A DNA stretch of 64,000 nucleotides from Promethearchaeota archaeon (GTDB lineage: Archaea; Asgardarchaeota; Lokiarchaeia; Sigyniarchaeales; SOKP01). The notes beneath the pieces are model-generated. The model had not been told where the DNA came from. It was given only the letters and a program-made list of their open reading frames with translations, and searched no databases. A program made the translations under genes and the position numbers. Each line of letters starts with the position of its first letter. Positions within the stretch are counted from its first letter, which is position 1. Below, piece after piece: positions 11,501 to 26,500 of the stretch. The DNA lies in contig JAHPZI010000021.1 in the NCBI GenBank assembly GCA_019058295.1, forward strand, positions 1 to 64,000. Direction: 5' to 3'.

Positions 11501-14500
11501 CTTCTAGTGGTTGGCAAGTAGATGAGGAGATTAGTTATGTTTATGAGATAGATCCCGAGGAAGACGGTCAAGTCTTTAAGCTTTTCGATGTTGATAATGA
11601 TGATCTCTCTGAGATAATCAGGATTATAAATACTGATGGAAGTAATTTTAGAATAGATATTCTTGATTTGGATGATACTCTTCTTGAACCACAATGGACA
11701 GAATATTCAAATCCTATAGTTGGCTATAATTGTTTTTCCTTTGATTTATATCACGATCATACTAGTCAAGATAATGTCATTGCCATCATTCAAGAAAATG
11801 TTTTAGGCGTCTTCTCGATCTGGAAATATGAGTTTAATGAACTATATGGAATTGACTCTCAAATGTTTGTTCAATGTCCTTCCAATTTTATTCCTACTGT
11901 CATACGGATATTAGATGACTTTCCAGAATATAACGAATTATCCATTATTTTAGGAGGAAGAATTGAAGGAAAATGGTATTCACAGGTAATTCAATATAAT
12001 TATAACCTAGAATTAGAAGAGATTATTGAAGAGCTTATATTAGGTAAGGCTTCTGTGATTGAGTTTCAGTATATCAATGGCGTTCAAACTTTAATTGTTG
12101 CTCTCGATAGATTGGCCGTTGGTAAAATGGATATATTGAGTACATATAGAAAGAGCGGAGAGATTTGGGAGAAATATGAGATCTCTGATTTTGATGAAAC
12201 TCGATTTGAGATATTGGATTTATTAGCAATAAATGAAGATAACTTACAGAAATTAATAATCGCAAGTAAAAGCGGTCTTTTTGAGACGGTAATAGATTAT
12301 CAAGAAGACTTTACATATATTGATAGCCCTATTTGTCACACAGTATATAGACAAGAAAGCCCTATTGAATCTCAAATCTTTCCGGATAAAAAACATATAG
12401 ATTCCATATCCAAGATTATTTACTATGATGAATTCGAGACTCCAATGGAACTACCATCTGAATATTATGATCACAATTCAGAAGATACTATTGAGATTTT
12501 AGTTAATGCTGGAGAACTAAGTACATGGACAAAAATAGAGGTATATTACTCTTTTCGCTCGGTTTATGATGATGAACAAAGTGAAGTCGATCCATCGATA
12601 AATTCGGAACAAGGGAACTCCAATATTCTAGATATTTCGGCATTAAGTAAGTTCTTTGCCAATTCTGAGCTTCCATTACTCTGGGGCAATCCTACTTCAA
12701 CAAATAATTATCCATTTGTGGATTACAGATATCTTGATTCGCTTTCTCGTGATTACAATGATATAAATTATAGATTTATTCCAACAATTTCAGCAGCAGG
12801 AACAGCAGGAGTTCAACCAAACATGAAACACGGTTGGGATGAAGTAGGGGGTCAAGAATATACTACAATGCCAGAATTTGATAATATTTTAGCATATTAT
12901 GGAGATGATGGGTATGATAGTGCTCTTTTATCTGAATATCTCACAGGACAAGAACGAGATTATCTTGGGGACAATGATTTCGATGGAGAGTTTACGGGGA
13001 ATTATATAGACAATGTCTGGATGTCGGACCCCGCCGTGAGTGATAGCTATAATTTTGAAGAATATTATGAACCTTTGATACATAAGGAATTAGGTACGTA
13101 TTATGATGCAGTTGGTACGCAATGGGGAGATATATCATGGGTTGATGACTATTATGATGGAGATATTCCTGAAGACACTGGAGACACAGCATGTTCATGT
13201 GAGATTATAAAAGAAATTGATGGCCATACAAATGTTATAGAATTAGCACACAATGGTGAAACGACGAATGCTTATGCCGAACATCCATATATCATACATA
13301 ATATTGATAATGGAGGAGCTTCCGGATCATATGAATTTTGGTTTGGTGTTAATGATAATACTAAGCTTGCTCGTATATGGTTTTCCGATTCATCTACTAC
13401 ACCTTATTTGTCTCATGGAATTCATCTAAGAGTAGGAGCAGGTAGATATCAATGGTATGATGGTGTTGAAATGCACGATTTGGACTGGGACTTAGGGCCC
13501 TCAGCGACTCCCAAAAACGGAAAGCTCGACCATCACGTAATAGTTTGGGATTGTGATACTGACACTTTTGATTGGTACTTGAATGGGTATTTGGTTGGGG
13601 ATGGTCTTCAATTCCAGAAACCTCAAGATCAATTGGATAGTATGAGAATATTTCTTACTACAGCTTCAGAAGATAATATTATTTATCTTGACCCATCGGA
13701 ACATTTATATGATAGATACGACCTTGAACCGTGGAATGATGATTCAATAAAAAATCGCCAATGGGTATTAGTTAAAAATAGAGCAACTGATTACGATTTA
13801 GTTCAAGACGAAGAAAAGAGTGGTATAGCTAACTCTGGACAAGAATTTATCGGTTATGATTATGAGACTCCATTCAAAGAAGCGTCTGTGGAGGAGATTG
13901 AATATGTGCTTTCAAATTGGAGTACATATATCACTACTGAAATGAATTCAGAAGATATTTATGGCCTTGAAGCTACTTACAAATTGCCCGTTGTTGATAG
14001 AAAGGATATAGCTTCACTTCAAATTGCCTTCTCAGCCTCAGTTGTAACCCCTTCTTATTCCGAGTCATATCCTCTTTCACTTCAAATGTATAATTATAAA
14101 AAGAATAGATGGGAATCGATACCAATTTTTCCACTAAATATGAGCAACACACGTGATAGTTTTGCTAATTTTTATGATGCTTATCAAATGGATTTAGATT
14201 TTTGGATGTTTAACGGACATCCTACTTATTATGATCCTCATTTTCATTATGATCCTGATTACGATCCTGAAGAATTAGAAATCCCTGGCACAGATAAATT
14301 TAGACCTGAATGGATGACAATTGATAATGATCATGTACAGACGATTAATTTTGGCAATTGTTATCCAACCGTGATAAATGAAAATGGTCTTATGGTTGAT
14401 CCTTCAATTGAACTTGGCGCCACTTTCTTAGACAATAATAAAAATCTATACCCTATATACAACTTAGATAATTATTTTGCAGAGCGTGGCGAGTTACTTT

Positions 14501-17500
14501 TTTATGAGGATGTCTATGGTTCAGATAAGGATGAATATTATGCAAACAAGTTTTCATTTAAAAATATTATTCTAAATAATGATTATTTTTATACCTCATC
14601 TACAGACTTTCCCGCTGCAATAGGTGGAGGGGGTGTCGTGTTTGAAAATCAATGGAATAATTTTTATGAAGACTTTATCCTTAACAATGAATTCAGATTC
14701 AGAATTATAACAGAGAAGGAAGCAATAAATCCTGAAAAAGCATTTCTCTGTATAGGGGATATGAATACATATGTTCTAACAAGCACGAGTTATCTCAATT
14801 ACGATAATTTCGATAATGACATGACCTATATTACCGGCTTAGACATTGAAACCAATAATATGAACGATATGATCCTATTTGAACCCGAAATTCCCGCAGA
14901 AGTTATAAATCCGGAAAACCCTATCCATAGAGTTCCCGCAGGACTTGCCTTATACGGATATGGGGGATTTAATGTTGAAAGACAACCAAGAGAATTAATA
15001 TTTTTAGAAGATTTTAGTGATACTGCATCTAATTTATGGACTTTTGATAGTCCAGATCCTAGTATCACTGAAATGCATTTATTCTCTGAACCAGAAGCTG
15101 ATACTTATATTTGTTCCAATTGGGATGCGGAGAATGATGATTGGTGGGCTGATGAAAATTATAAAGGTAAAGAGTTTCTACGAGTTGGTTGGGAAAATCC
15201 TGATGGTGATGGTCTTACTGAACACGAAATATTTATTAAATACGACATCCCTTCTTTTTATGTTGAGGATGCAAGCTCATATCTAGAGACAAGCGGATAT
15301 ACTACAAGTTTAAAAAACAATATAAGAGTTTTTAGATGTTTAGATTTTGATGTAGATACAATTACTTATAATAGCATGCCTCGCCCTGAATATATTGATA
15401 TTAATACTCCTATTGCAACAACCGAGATATCAAATGGTATTTCCTTAACTGATATACCCTTAGGGCTTCCTTGTGATTGTTATCGTTTATTAGTGGGCGC
15501 AGAGTATGGAAAGTCTAATACATATTATTTTGCTCAATTTGATTCTTCCGAAGGAACGAATAAACCCGTTATTCATCATTATATTCCAAAGTTTAATCTA
15601 AAAGATGGTCTTATCTATATGCAGACAAATGAAGAGGAGACATTAACCTTAAAGAGTCCTACTTATGATAAGACTCAACTTATTGCCGGAGATACTGTGT
15701 CTTTAACATGCTCTGCTACAACCACGAATAATGTAGTTATTAAATTTTTCAATGGGTTAGATGATGTATATTCGTATGATTTACTTGAGGGCACACAAGG
15801 ATTCGAAAATAAATTAATAGAATTCACCATTGAGGAACCGTTTGAGTTTGACAGAATAGAGATCTCAAGCCTTTTCACTCCTGGAAATCTCTTTACTTTA
15901 TCAAACATCAAGATTTACGAGAATCGACCTTATGAGATCTTCCGAGAATCCTTTGATTCCGGAAATTGGAACGATTCTAATATTTATGACAATTCCTTTG
16001 ATACGCAAGGCTCAGTAGATGCGACCAGAATAGATTCAATCAATGTTAATGATAATTATTATGGCTCTGATTTATCTGTATATGGATGTGGAGAAGAGTT
16101 GATGTATTATGCGACTGATTTTGATAATCTTTCTGGAGGCAATGTTCAAGGGGATATTACTGATACTCATAATAATGATGGAATAGCACTTAGCATACAA
16201 AGTATAGAAGTACCAGCCCCACTCCCTCCCCCTGGTCTACCGCCAGGAGAACCTATTAAAATTATTAATATTAAATTTGATTTTCAAGAGCCAGAATTGG
16301 CTCGTATAGAACGAGATCTTAATGTTCATATATCTTTTTCTTCTGATGTTCATAAAGTATTTGTTATCGATTATGCAAATAGTCTTATTGATTCAAAACA
16401 AAACATTAATAGTTATTCTCTCAACTATAGACTTTTTCAAACAAGTAGTGAACTACATGATCTTCAATTCTATATTGAGAGTATTAATTCTTTTACAGCT
16501 AATTTTGACCTTTTGAAATTAACTCGAGCCAAGGCTTGTATTGATAGTGTAACATATGATCCAACTATGCCATCAGGTCAAGGTACAGATTGGGACAAGA
16601 CATATGAATTCGATGAAGAATATAATATATGCCACGGACAATTAATTGATGATCAATCGGGTTGGGATTTATATAATCTTGTATTCACTCCAAAATGGGA
16701 TTTTGAATCTGAATATAGGTATTATAAATTTATGATGAGATGGAACGCTCTTGATATATTGTTAACTGCTTCTTTCGCGGTATATGATGAAGAGACCGGA
16801 GATGTAATAAAAAGTTCGAGTGGTCTTTTTTCAGGGGGGAGTTTTTCATGTACAACTCCTACAACCAAGATCATAATTTCAATACTTTGGATTAATATTA
16901 ATGTTCCAGTTTCAAGTGACGAGCTTTGTATTGATTATATTGCCCTTGTACCTGTAGTATATCAAGAAGAAACCCTTGTAAAGACCTCGACAGATTATTA
17001 TACAGAGGGCGGTACTTCTAAACTTAATATAGTACCCTTTCCTGATGCTCACTATCCAAGTGAAATTGAAGTGGTTGAAGCCTATGATTTTGACGCATCT
17101 ACAGTTACATGGAACTCAAAACCTAAGTTATTCAACTCAGTCTCTAATAATACAATAACTGAATCTTCATTTGACATAGATTTAGGAGATGTAGGTTGGC
17201 AGAATTATCTTTTAAGAACCTTATCTCTTGACAGCAATATTAAATTTAGTGATCCAGAAGTTACGTATTTTCTTAAAAAATATTATATGAGAAATGGAGA
17301 CTTTTATATACAATCAGATCAAGCTGAAGAAATTATTGTTTTTAGTGATAAATATGCCAAAACTACTTCTTTAATTAAGGATGATATAATCAGAGTTAAG
17401 TGTTCAGCCGATCTCTCGGGAGAAGTAAGACTGATTCTTTATTATGAAAATACGGTTATCCAACCTGTAAAGGAATTCGTTATTTTACCTAACGGAATTC

Positions 17501-20500
17501 ATAATTTTGAAGATAATAGATTTGAGTTTATTTTAGATGAAGATATAGCTTTTAATAAAATTTGTCTTTCTGTGAATTTAAATGATAAAGGGAAGTTTTT
17601 AATAGAGGATTTTGGTATATTTAAAAATCCATTCAAACAGCATGACATTCAGAAGACTACCTTTAAATTTCATCGTGCTTTGAAGGATAAAAATGCATAT
17701 TATGGTCTTAAAGATAGGGTTCCTATTGATGCTGATAATGAACCAGATGTCTTACTCTCATTAAATAGCGAGGTCTATGTTGCAATTGATGATTGGGATC
17801 TCTATAATGTCTTTTATTGGGAAAATGAAGTCTCTTTCTATTATAACGGATCCACAAATACTTGGGAAGCATATTTTTTTGATCCAGACCCCGTACCATT
17901 GAAAATCGGCAATCCAGAGAATAATGAATATACAATAACAGATCCAGGTCTACCCATCTATCCTAGATTTGAGTGCTTAACGAACGATGAAGATGAAGGA
18001 TTTCTTATCACCGAAATAGAATCTCATTTCTATACCAATGTTGAAGACGAAGATGATTTTGCCTATTATAAGGACGTTCTCATTCCGTCATATTGTAAAG
18101 ATGGGAAGACTAATAAGATAGACTTTACTTACGAAGATTTCCTTATGAATTCGCAAAACTCATTCACACAGTTATCCTCTGATATTGATATCATTTATTC
18201 GTTTAACGATGCTATGACTCCAGATAATATTTTCTATACTGATCTTAACCCTACAGTACAGTCTGATAACTCCGATAGCTTTTCAGGGCAGTTATATTTT
18301 GATGAGGGATTTAAGCTTGGTGAGAGAGAAACTCCTTATTTTACCCATGATTTTGAATATGATAATCCGATTGTAACATATAATAATAAAATTGCTGAAC
18401 CCAATAATGATGCTGGTCCTAATGATTGGATTTCTACTGATACAAGTTCTCCTCATCATACTGTATTGACCGATGGAGTTTCAAATACTTGTATTTCAAC
18501 ATCCACAGATAGCGGCGATATAGAGGCTTTTACTTTTAATTTTAATGATTTAGAACTACCAGAAACTGCCATCGTAACAGAGATACAAGTCTTGGCATTA
18601 GCCAATTCCAGCACATCACTTAATCTTATAGGTACTACTATGGAGTCTAGTTCACGTAATATACTAAAATATGGATATGTTTTAGCAGATCCGTCGGAAA
18701 CTCAGATTTTCCTTTGGCAACCCGGATTGGACGGAATTACATTTTTAGAATTAAAAGATGCAATATTTAAATTTTATGCAGCTCCTTTGTATGGGGGTGA
18801 TGTATATATTCGAGAGTTATACCTTAAGTTTACGTGTATTTATCTTTCTGGCGGGGGCGATCCTTCTGGTTTAGTATTTGGTGGTTCTTATAATAACTTA
18901 CTAAAAGCTTCTTTAGATACGTACATTTCAGCAAATGACCTTTATAATGATTGGGAGACCTTCTCTACCGGTTCCTCTGAGGCTTATGTAACGGAGCCAG
19001 GGCTTTATCAGCCTAATTATCCTCTTGATTCTCAATGGTTAGAGCTTTCTGATGAGGGGACTTCAGGTTATGCATCTGCGACCAATCATTTTAGACCTGT
19101 TACAAGAGGAGCAATAGAATTTAAATGGTGGGTTGATAAATCAAAACGAAGTTTTGTAACGTTTGGGGATGGGTCAGGGAAAGCAACCGTTCTTTCTCCA
19201 TGGCAAGTATCATGGGATTTTGATGATGCTGAGTATCAACCACAGTGGTGGAACATTGGATATGATGATGGTGTTGCTCATAGAGCTACTTATTACGGTA
19301 ATTGTTGGCCTGTTCCAGGCGTAAGATGCCCTGGGCCAGATTTTTACGAATGGCGCACTTGGAAATGGACCTCACGTCTATATGATTATTATGCACCTTA
19401 TTGGTATTGGGACGGAGGGCTTGGGGTATATCCATGCACTTGGGGTCTTGGTAGTCATGCGTCTGGGAATGCACCCATGCTACCATCGAATGGAAAAGCG
19501 TGGTATACTGTCAGAATCGAATTTGACTGTGATATTAATAAATTCAATTTACATATATATGACAGTAATGGAAATTTAATGGGGTATCGAGCCGGGGCTC
19601 CATTCATTGATGGAGACTTACAATCTATTTCTCAGATAGAGTTTCGTACAAGCAGTGGAGCTCCTTGGGATGATCCCTACGCTGGAGCATATGCTCCAAA
19701 ATTCGATGATATTAAATATTCTTGGGAATATGACGGAGTTCCATTCGATAACAAATTTATTTCAATGGATAGGTCATACGGAAAAAATTATTATGATCCC
19801 GATCCCGAAGGCTCTGAGATGTTTGATGATCCTATTTTCGGAAAAAATAACATACGATATACCTTAAAGAATACTCTTATATCTCCTCTATATGATAGAG
19901 GAGTCGGTGAGTCTATCATCGCAGATATGCAACTTCAAGATATTGAATTCGATTTCTCTGTATATCCTTTAGATTTTACTACTCCATATCCTTCCTTCCA
20001 CCATATGGATATTGAAGGAAAACAAGTCACTGATGAGGATGATTATGACCTTGAAGACCTAAAGGATTCAGATTATTATGCTCAAAGTAGATTTAGTAAT
20101 TCCGCCATTGATGAATTACAGATTCCCTTAATGACTCCTATTGAACTTGATTTTGGAGAAGTTCATTTAGAAGCATTGACTGGTGTTGATCTTCAATTTG
20201 ATCTGGATTTTGATATTTCAATTACAGGGAAAGATTGGGCACCAGATGAGTATTGGCTAACAAGGCTCCGTCTCATGTATTACGACTATTATATAGGATG
20301 GACTGATTTTAATTTACCTATTCTTATGGATAATTTTGGCTACGAAAGATTTGTCTGGGATCCAGATAGATCTAGCGAATATATTGATTATTATCAGATC
20401 GAACCATATCAAGAAAATATTGAATTACAATTTATAGAAGGGCAATCATATGATTATAAGTTCACTAATGATTTATTGAATTATGATGATCTCCCATTTG

Positions 20501-23500
20501 AGATTCTTGAATTGCGCGCCGAGGGCTCCTCTACCCCTCTTGTTGAGGATGTGGATTATACATACGATTTATTGGATAAGAACATTACCCTAATAAGTGC
20601 AAATTATGATGAGTATACGGGACGCTTATATGCGGATATCATATATAATGCGGGATATCAAGAAGAAATTGAATTAGAAATAATAACTGAGGAAGAAGAT
20701 GGAACACCAATACCAGAACCTTATTACCAATTTACCCCAGAGCTATTGAATTATGATGATCTTCCATTTGAGATTTATGAATTACGTGACAATGTTGGTA
20801 ATATTCTTGATGATAGCGATTATAATTTTAATCCAACATCAAGAAAAATTACCCTAAATATAGCGTATACTGGGCTCTTATATGCTGATATCCTATATAC
20901 TTCGGGAGAGGAAGTAATTCAGATACCATATCCAGGAATCAATTATGATAATCCAATAGCTTATATTAAAAATCCATCATTGGATACCTTTATACCAATT
21001 AAAAACGAAAATCCTGATTTAACATTCGAAAACCCAAGATTTACAATTACAGATATTAATGAGGGCATGATTGATCCTCTAGATGATCATCTTAGGATGA
21101 AATTCGCAGTGATGTCGTATACCGTTCCTATAAACTGTACTGATATTTCTTCATTGAGTCCTGAGGAGTTTTATAAATTTCTAAGCTATGAAAGAGCCGA
21201 TCCTACTATTCCTATTGAGATTTCTCAAGATGCTACAATAACCAAACCAATCTTAATTGCAGATAGATTTGTATCTTTGTATGAGAGTTCGCTAGCTTCG
21301 GCCACATTGGGTGATCTTACAACAGATATTTATGGAAATAAAGTTGCTGATCTTTCTGCAATACCTAATTTAATAGACAATTTAGGAGATATTGTATCAA
21401 TAACAGGACTGGATCACAGAACTGGTGAGAATGAGTTATCTCAAGAAGGGATTGAATTAGAAATAATAGAGGAAGAAGAAGGAGTACCTGTACCAGTACC
21501 TTATTATCAATTTATTCCAGATTTATTGCAGTATGATGATTTCTACTTTGAGATTCTTGATATGCGCGTAGGGGACGTATCTCTTGAAAATGATGATTAT
21601 ACATTTGATCCAATAACTAAAACAATTACCTTAAATAATGAATATATAAGTTATACTGGATCATTATTTGTTGATATCACATATCTGCCTATCACTGACG
21701 AATATTTTGTTAGTACCACTGATTGTAAAATCGATAGTGATAAACTTATAGTTGGTGCATTTAATAGTTATTTGTTTGATCAGATTGTAATAGCCTATGC
21801 TCCTTTTTATTATTTTAACTATGATGATGACAATAACCCATTGGGGTTAGAAGGCTATGAGAATGTTTGGTATCTGCCATATGAAGCGGAGATTGACGGA
21901 ACTGAGTATTCTGAGCCCGTTTTTATCACAAATGTAATGACTGATAGTAAGGTATATGGTACTTATGTTCATCCACTTCAATTAGAACCATCAGGTTATA
22001 GTATAGGTTATGATCAGTATGGGACATATATTAAATTTGATAATCCTGTGGAAGGAAACAATTTACGTGGCGCAATTTTTTACGAAAGAAAGAATGATAT
22101 ACCTATAAATACATTTTCAATTAGAGATCAGTTAAAATATAAGTATAATGTTTTAGGTCCTACCGATGAGTTAGTTGGGGGGACTCTTTATTTAAATTTT
22201 TCAGCCGGATTAGATTTAGAATATGGGCCGCCTATCGACAATATGTATGCTCAATTATATACTGTAACTATTGGTCTTAATTTATTACGCTCTGATGGAT
22301 CAAATACTCTAATTGATACAATTGATTTGGATCTTGATCACTCTGATATTTCTTCCAAAGAGTATAATTTTCAAATAGATATTAATGATTTTGGATTAAC
22401 ACCCACACAACTTTCATATTTAAAATTGGCTTTAACACAAGACCATTATTTGAATATCACAGTAGAATCTAAAATGTCTGCTATTTATGTGAATGGTCCT
22501 TTTACAATTGCATATTTCACTCAGCAGATCTTAGGCGCCTCATTTGCGGTTGAGATACCTTATACAGGACTGACTTATAATAATGATCCCGTGGATGTTC
22601 CTTATTTTGAATTATATCAAGAGGGAATTAGATTACAAATTATAGATGATTTGTATTATCAATTTACCCCAGATTTATTGGATTATGATAATTTTGATTT
22701 TGAGATTCTTGATTTACGCGTGGATGGTAACCCCCTTGACGATAGCGATTATAATTTTAATCCAACATCAAAAAAGATTACTTTAAACATAGATGAGATG
22801 GGGGTTTTATATGCCGATATAAAATATAAGGCGTTCAAGTGGTCTGTAGATTATATTTCAACTTTAGATCCGATAACACTTAGTTTTAATGCAGATTTTA
22901 GGGAAATAGATATTAGGTCTATGGCAATTGATGTTGGTTATACACTTGACGGTCTTCCCGGGTATCGATTGAGTCATATGGACATGAAGACTGGTGAGTT
23001 AATTAGTGATAGTCTATACTCTGATCAAGACGCTACTTTTCTAAATATATATGCGTTTAATTATATGGAGAATCGCTGGGTAAAATTAGATTATGTGCCT
23101 TATGATGGTATTATTATTGAGGATAATATATTTTTCCCTTATATGCTTTTTGGCGAGTTTATGAACTTTGAGGACTACTTCCATATTACGGATATGGCAA
23201 CAGGGGCTTTTGAGATGAATCTGATTTTTACGGTAGAACAGTCTTTTCCCTCATGTTTCAGATCCGAGATTAGTTTTAATATCAGTTCAATTACGCCAAA
23301 AATTTACTTCAATCTTCCTACTGTTGAACATCATATTAATCCTGAAGTTTTCTTTGACATTGATCTTTCGGAATATTATCAAGACGAGAATATTATTGTT
23401 GAAGAAGTGGAGATTGCTTTAGAATATTTAGAAAATATTCAATTTGAGGATGCAAGCGTATTTGAAGAGTATGCCTTAATTGAGGAATATACTATTTTTT

Positions 23501-26500
23501 CCATAAGAAATCGATATAGGGAATTTCAAGAAATTGCTCTTGAGGATGATACTTTTACCCTTTCAAAAGAAGAATTAAAAGAATTATTATATTATGATCC
23601 AGTTCAAGACAAATATCTTTTAAAAGCCAAGCTTGAATATGATTGGTCGTGTATTTTAGAAGTGAATTTAGCCGGTCTTTCCATGCTTGATATTTCAGCT
23701 CAACTTAATTTATTGAGTTATTCGTTTACCGCAAAATATAATACTATAAAGACAAGAAGGATTTCGGCTTTTGAAAACGTGTGTCCATTTGATCTTGTTG
23801 CTATTAATGCTACAAATTATATTGAGATTGGAGGAGTATACCAAGATTTAGGGAAAGACGAGTTTATTGATATCGGTGTTGCTGGAGGGCTTTTAAGAAA
23901 TATTAATACTCGACAACGATTAATGATTCGACAACAACTCTATAATTCTTTAACTGATGAAGAAGGTAACAATTATCAGATTCTATTAGATTCTGAATAT
24001 GCTGATACTGTTTTACGATTTTTAAGTCCTATTGGACAATTGGATCACCCATTAAATGAAACATATATTAAGAATAAACAATATTTCGCTTTTAGTGCCG
24101 ATTATGATGTCACTCAAGTTTCTCTTGAATATTCTCTTGATGGAGGAATATATTATATTTCAAAGGAAGAATTCACACGAAGCGAAGACTTTCCTGATTT
24201 GTTTGAATACACATGGGAAGATGTCGAAGGTGATACAAGTGGTGGAGATATTTATGTAAGAATTAAGTTAGAAGATCAATATGGTCATTCTAGTGTATAT
24301 GATTATCAATTTATTGGAGATTTTATAGAACCAATTCCTATAATAGAGATTGGGGATGATCCCGCCCAGAGTTTTGAAAGTATTCAGTCAGAGAAAGCTG
24401 AACCCCTTACAGAAGTTGAATTTTATAATGATATTGTTGAGCCTTCGACTTGCACTCACTATTACAGAACTTTTGATCTTTATGCTGGATTTTATACCCC
24501 TTGGACTCAATTTGATCCATTAACTATCAATTATTTAGCAGATTTAGGAGATTTACCTATTCTCTTTACTTTAGAATATAAGATTGTTGATGCTGCCGGA
24601 AATGAAGGGAATACTACCACTTATAACAATGGCTTCAATAATATTACTTACTCTTTTGAAACTGAAGTTGATTGGTTCGATTTAGATATCGATCTTAATA
24701 GTATTAGTGTTGAGGATAGAAGAATTAAATTTAGGGACAGTTCGGGCAAATTTAGTAGTGTCAATTTCTTTGATGTCTATATTGGTGCGTTTTATTATGG
24801 TAAAGCGATAAAAGATACGGATGATGTAGGCGAGTACTTCTATATTGATTTCGGGACAAACAATTCAATAGACACTCTAACAGCTTACTCGTCTTCATTA
24901 TTAAGTAACGATACTTATTCAAATATCAATCCAATATCTCATATTTCATGGGAGACAAGAAAAGAGGAGTTTTATGGAGTAACAAAACACGTACTTTTAG
25001 ATTATCCAATTGAGATAGTTAATCCAATAACTTATAAAGCCAATGTGACATTTCCACTTGAAGATATTTATTCTTATGGTTTCATGCTACCTGATTTTGT
25101 TAGATTTATTCGTGGATATTATTTCAATGCTACTACGGATGAACCCAAGCTTGTATTCTTTGACTCAGATGATATCTATGTTAATCAATTAGGTGTGGTG
25201 TCCTTTCCAGAGGGCTCGACTGTCCATGAGGTATTTGAGAATCGTTCTGATGAGGTACTTGATGGAATGATTTATTTTGGTTATGAAGCTTCTGATTTTG
25301 CAGATCAATTAATCCTAGAAAATGCTGAAGGATTCGTAATCGATTTCTTAATGCCCGATATATATTCCACACACACTACAATAGAGAAGATTGAAGTAAT
25401 CTTTTCCGATTTTGGCGGCAATACATTCTCGAGAACATTTTGGGACATAGATCTTAGAGAGTATTTTATGGAGGATGTTAGAAGGCAATACGAAGCTGAT
25501 GACATTGTTGAGTTTTATATGGGACAGATGATGGAAATTCCACTATACATTGATTTTAAAGAATTAATAATGTCAAACTCAGAAAATCTATTTAACCCAC
25601 GAGTACTTGAATCTGTTATTATCAGAGTAACAGATTCAAAGATTTGGCCTTCAACATTTGAGTACGGAGAATATAATGTATTAAATCTCCCTTATCAAAA
25701 AATCGGTATAAAAGATATTAGATTATATAATTTTATTTCCGATACCACTAATGTAGATGAGTCGGGTTATGTTTCTTCTATGATGAGAGTAGTTGCTCCA
25801 GAATTTCATAATTATTATTCAAGATCCATAATTAAGATTGACCGTATAGATATTCCACTAGCGAATGTAGAGGTTCAGTATGAAGGAGATCAGATTGTCT
25901 CAGGTCAGCAAAAAGAAGTGCAATATTCAGACTATATTGAGGTATTTTGTCAATATGAACCAATTGAGCCTCTTTTGAGAATAGATTCATATGATATCCT
26001 CTCTGGTACATATGTCTCTGGCAGTGAAGTGGACACAAATGAGAACGATGCTACTAGCCTAGTTATACAAGAAAGTCAAGGGTCCGGCTCCACTCCGCCT
26101 ATTTATGGTGTTATACTTGATAACATATATATGGACGGAAATATAATTGACGGTGAAAAATATTCATTCAACATAGACATAACAGCAACAGACGATACAG
26201 GGGGGGCCATTAATGCCAATTATCAGATATTAAGTGGCAGCGGAGTAGTAATAAGTAGTGGTGCACCATCTCCGAATTTTTTCATTGATGGTTCAGTTTA
26301 TACCGTGGGAGATACTAGTATAAAGATTTTAGTCACAAGCGATGTACCTAATTTTATAGTCTATATAAATTGGTTTAGAATGCAATTATCTCCACAGTAT
26401 GACTGGTTCGATAAATCGTTTGCATTAAATGACATTACTATGACTTCAATCTCCTTAATTGACAGTCTGGATTCTGAGATATATTCACTTGGTACATTAC

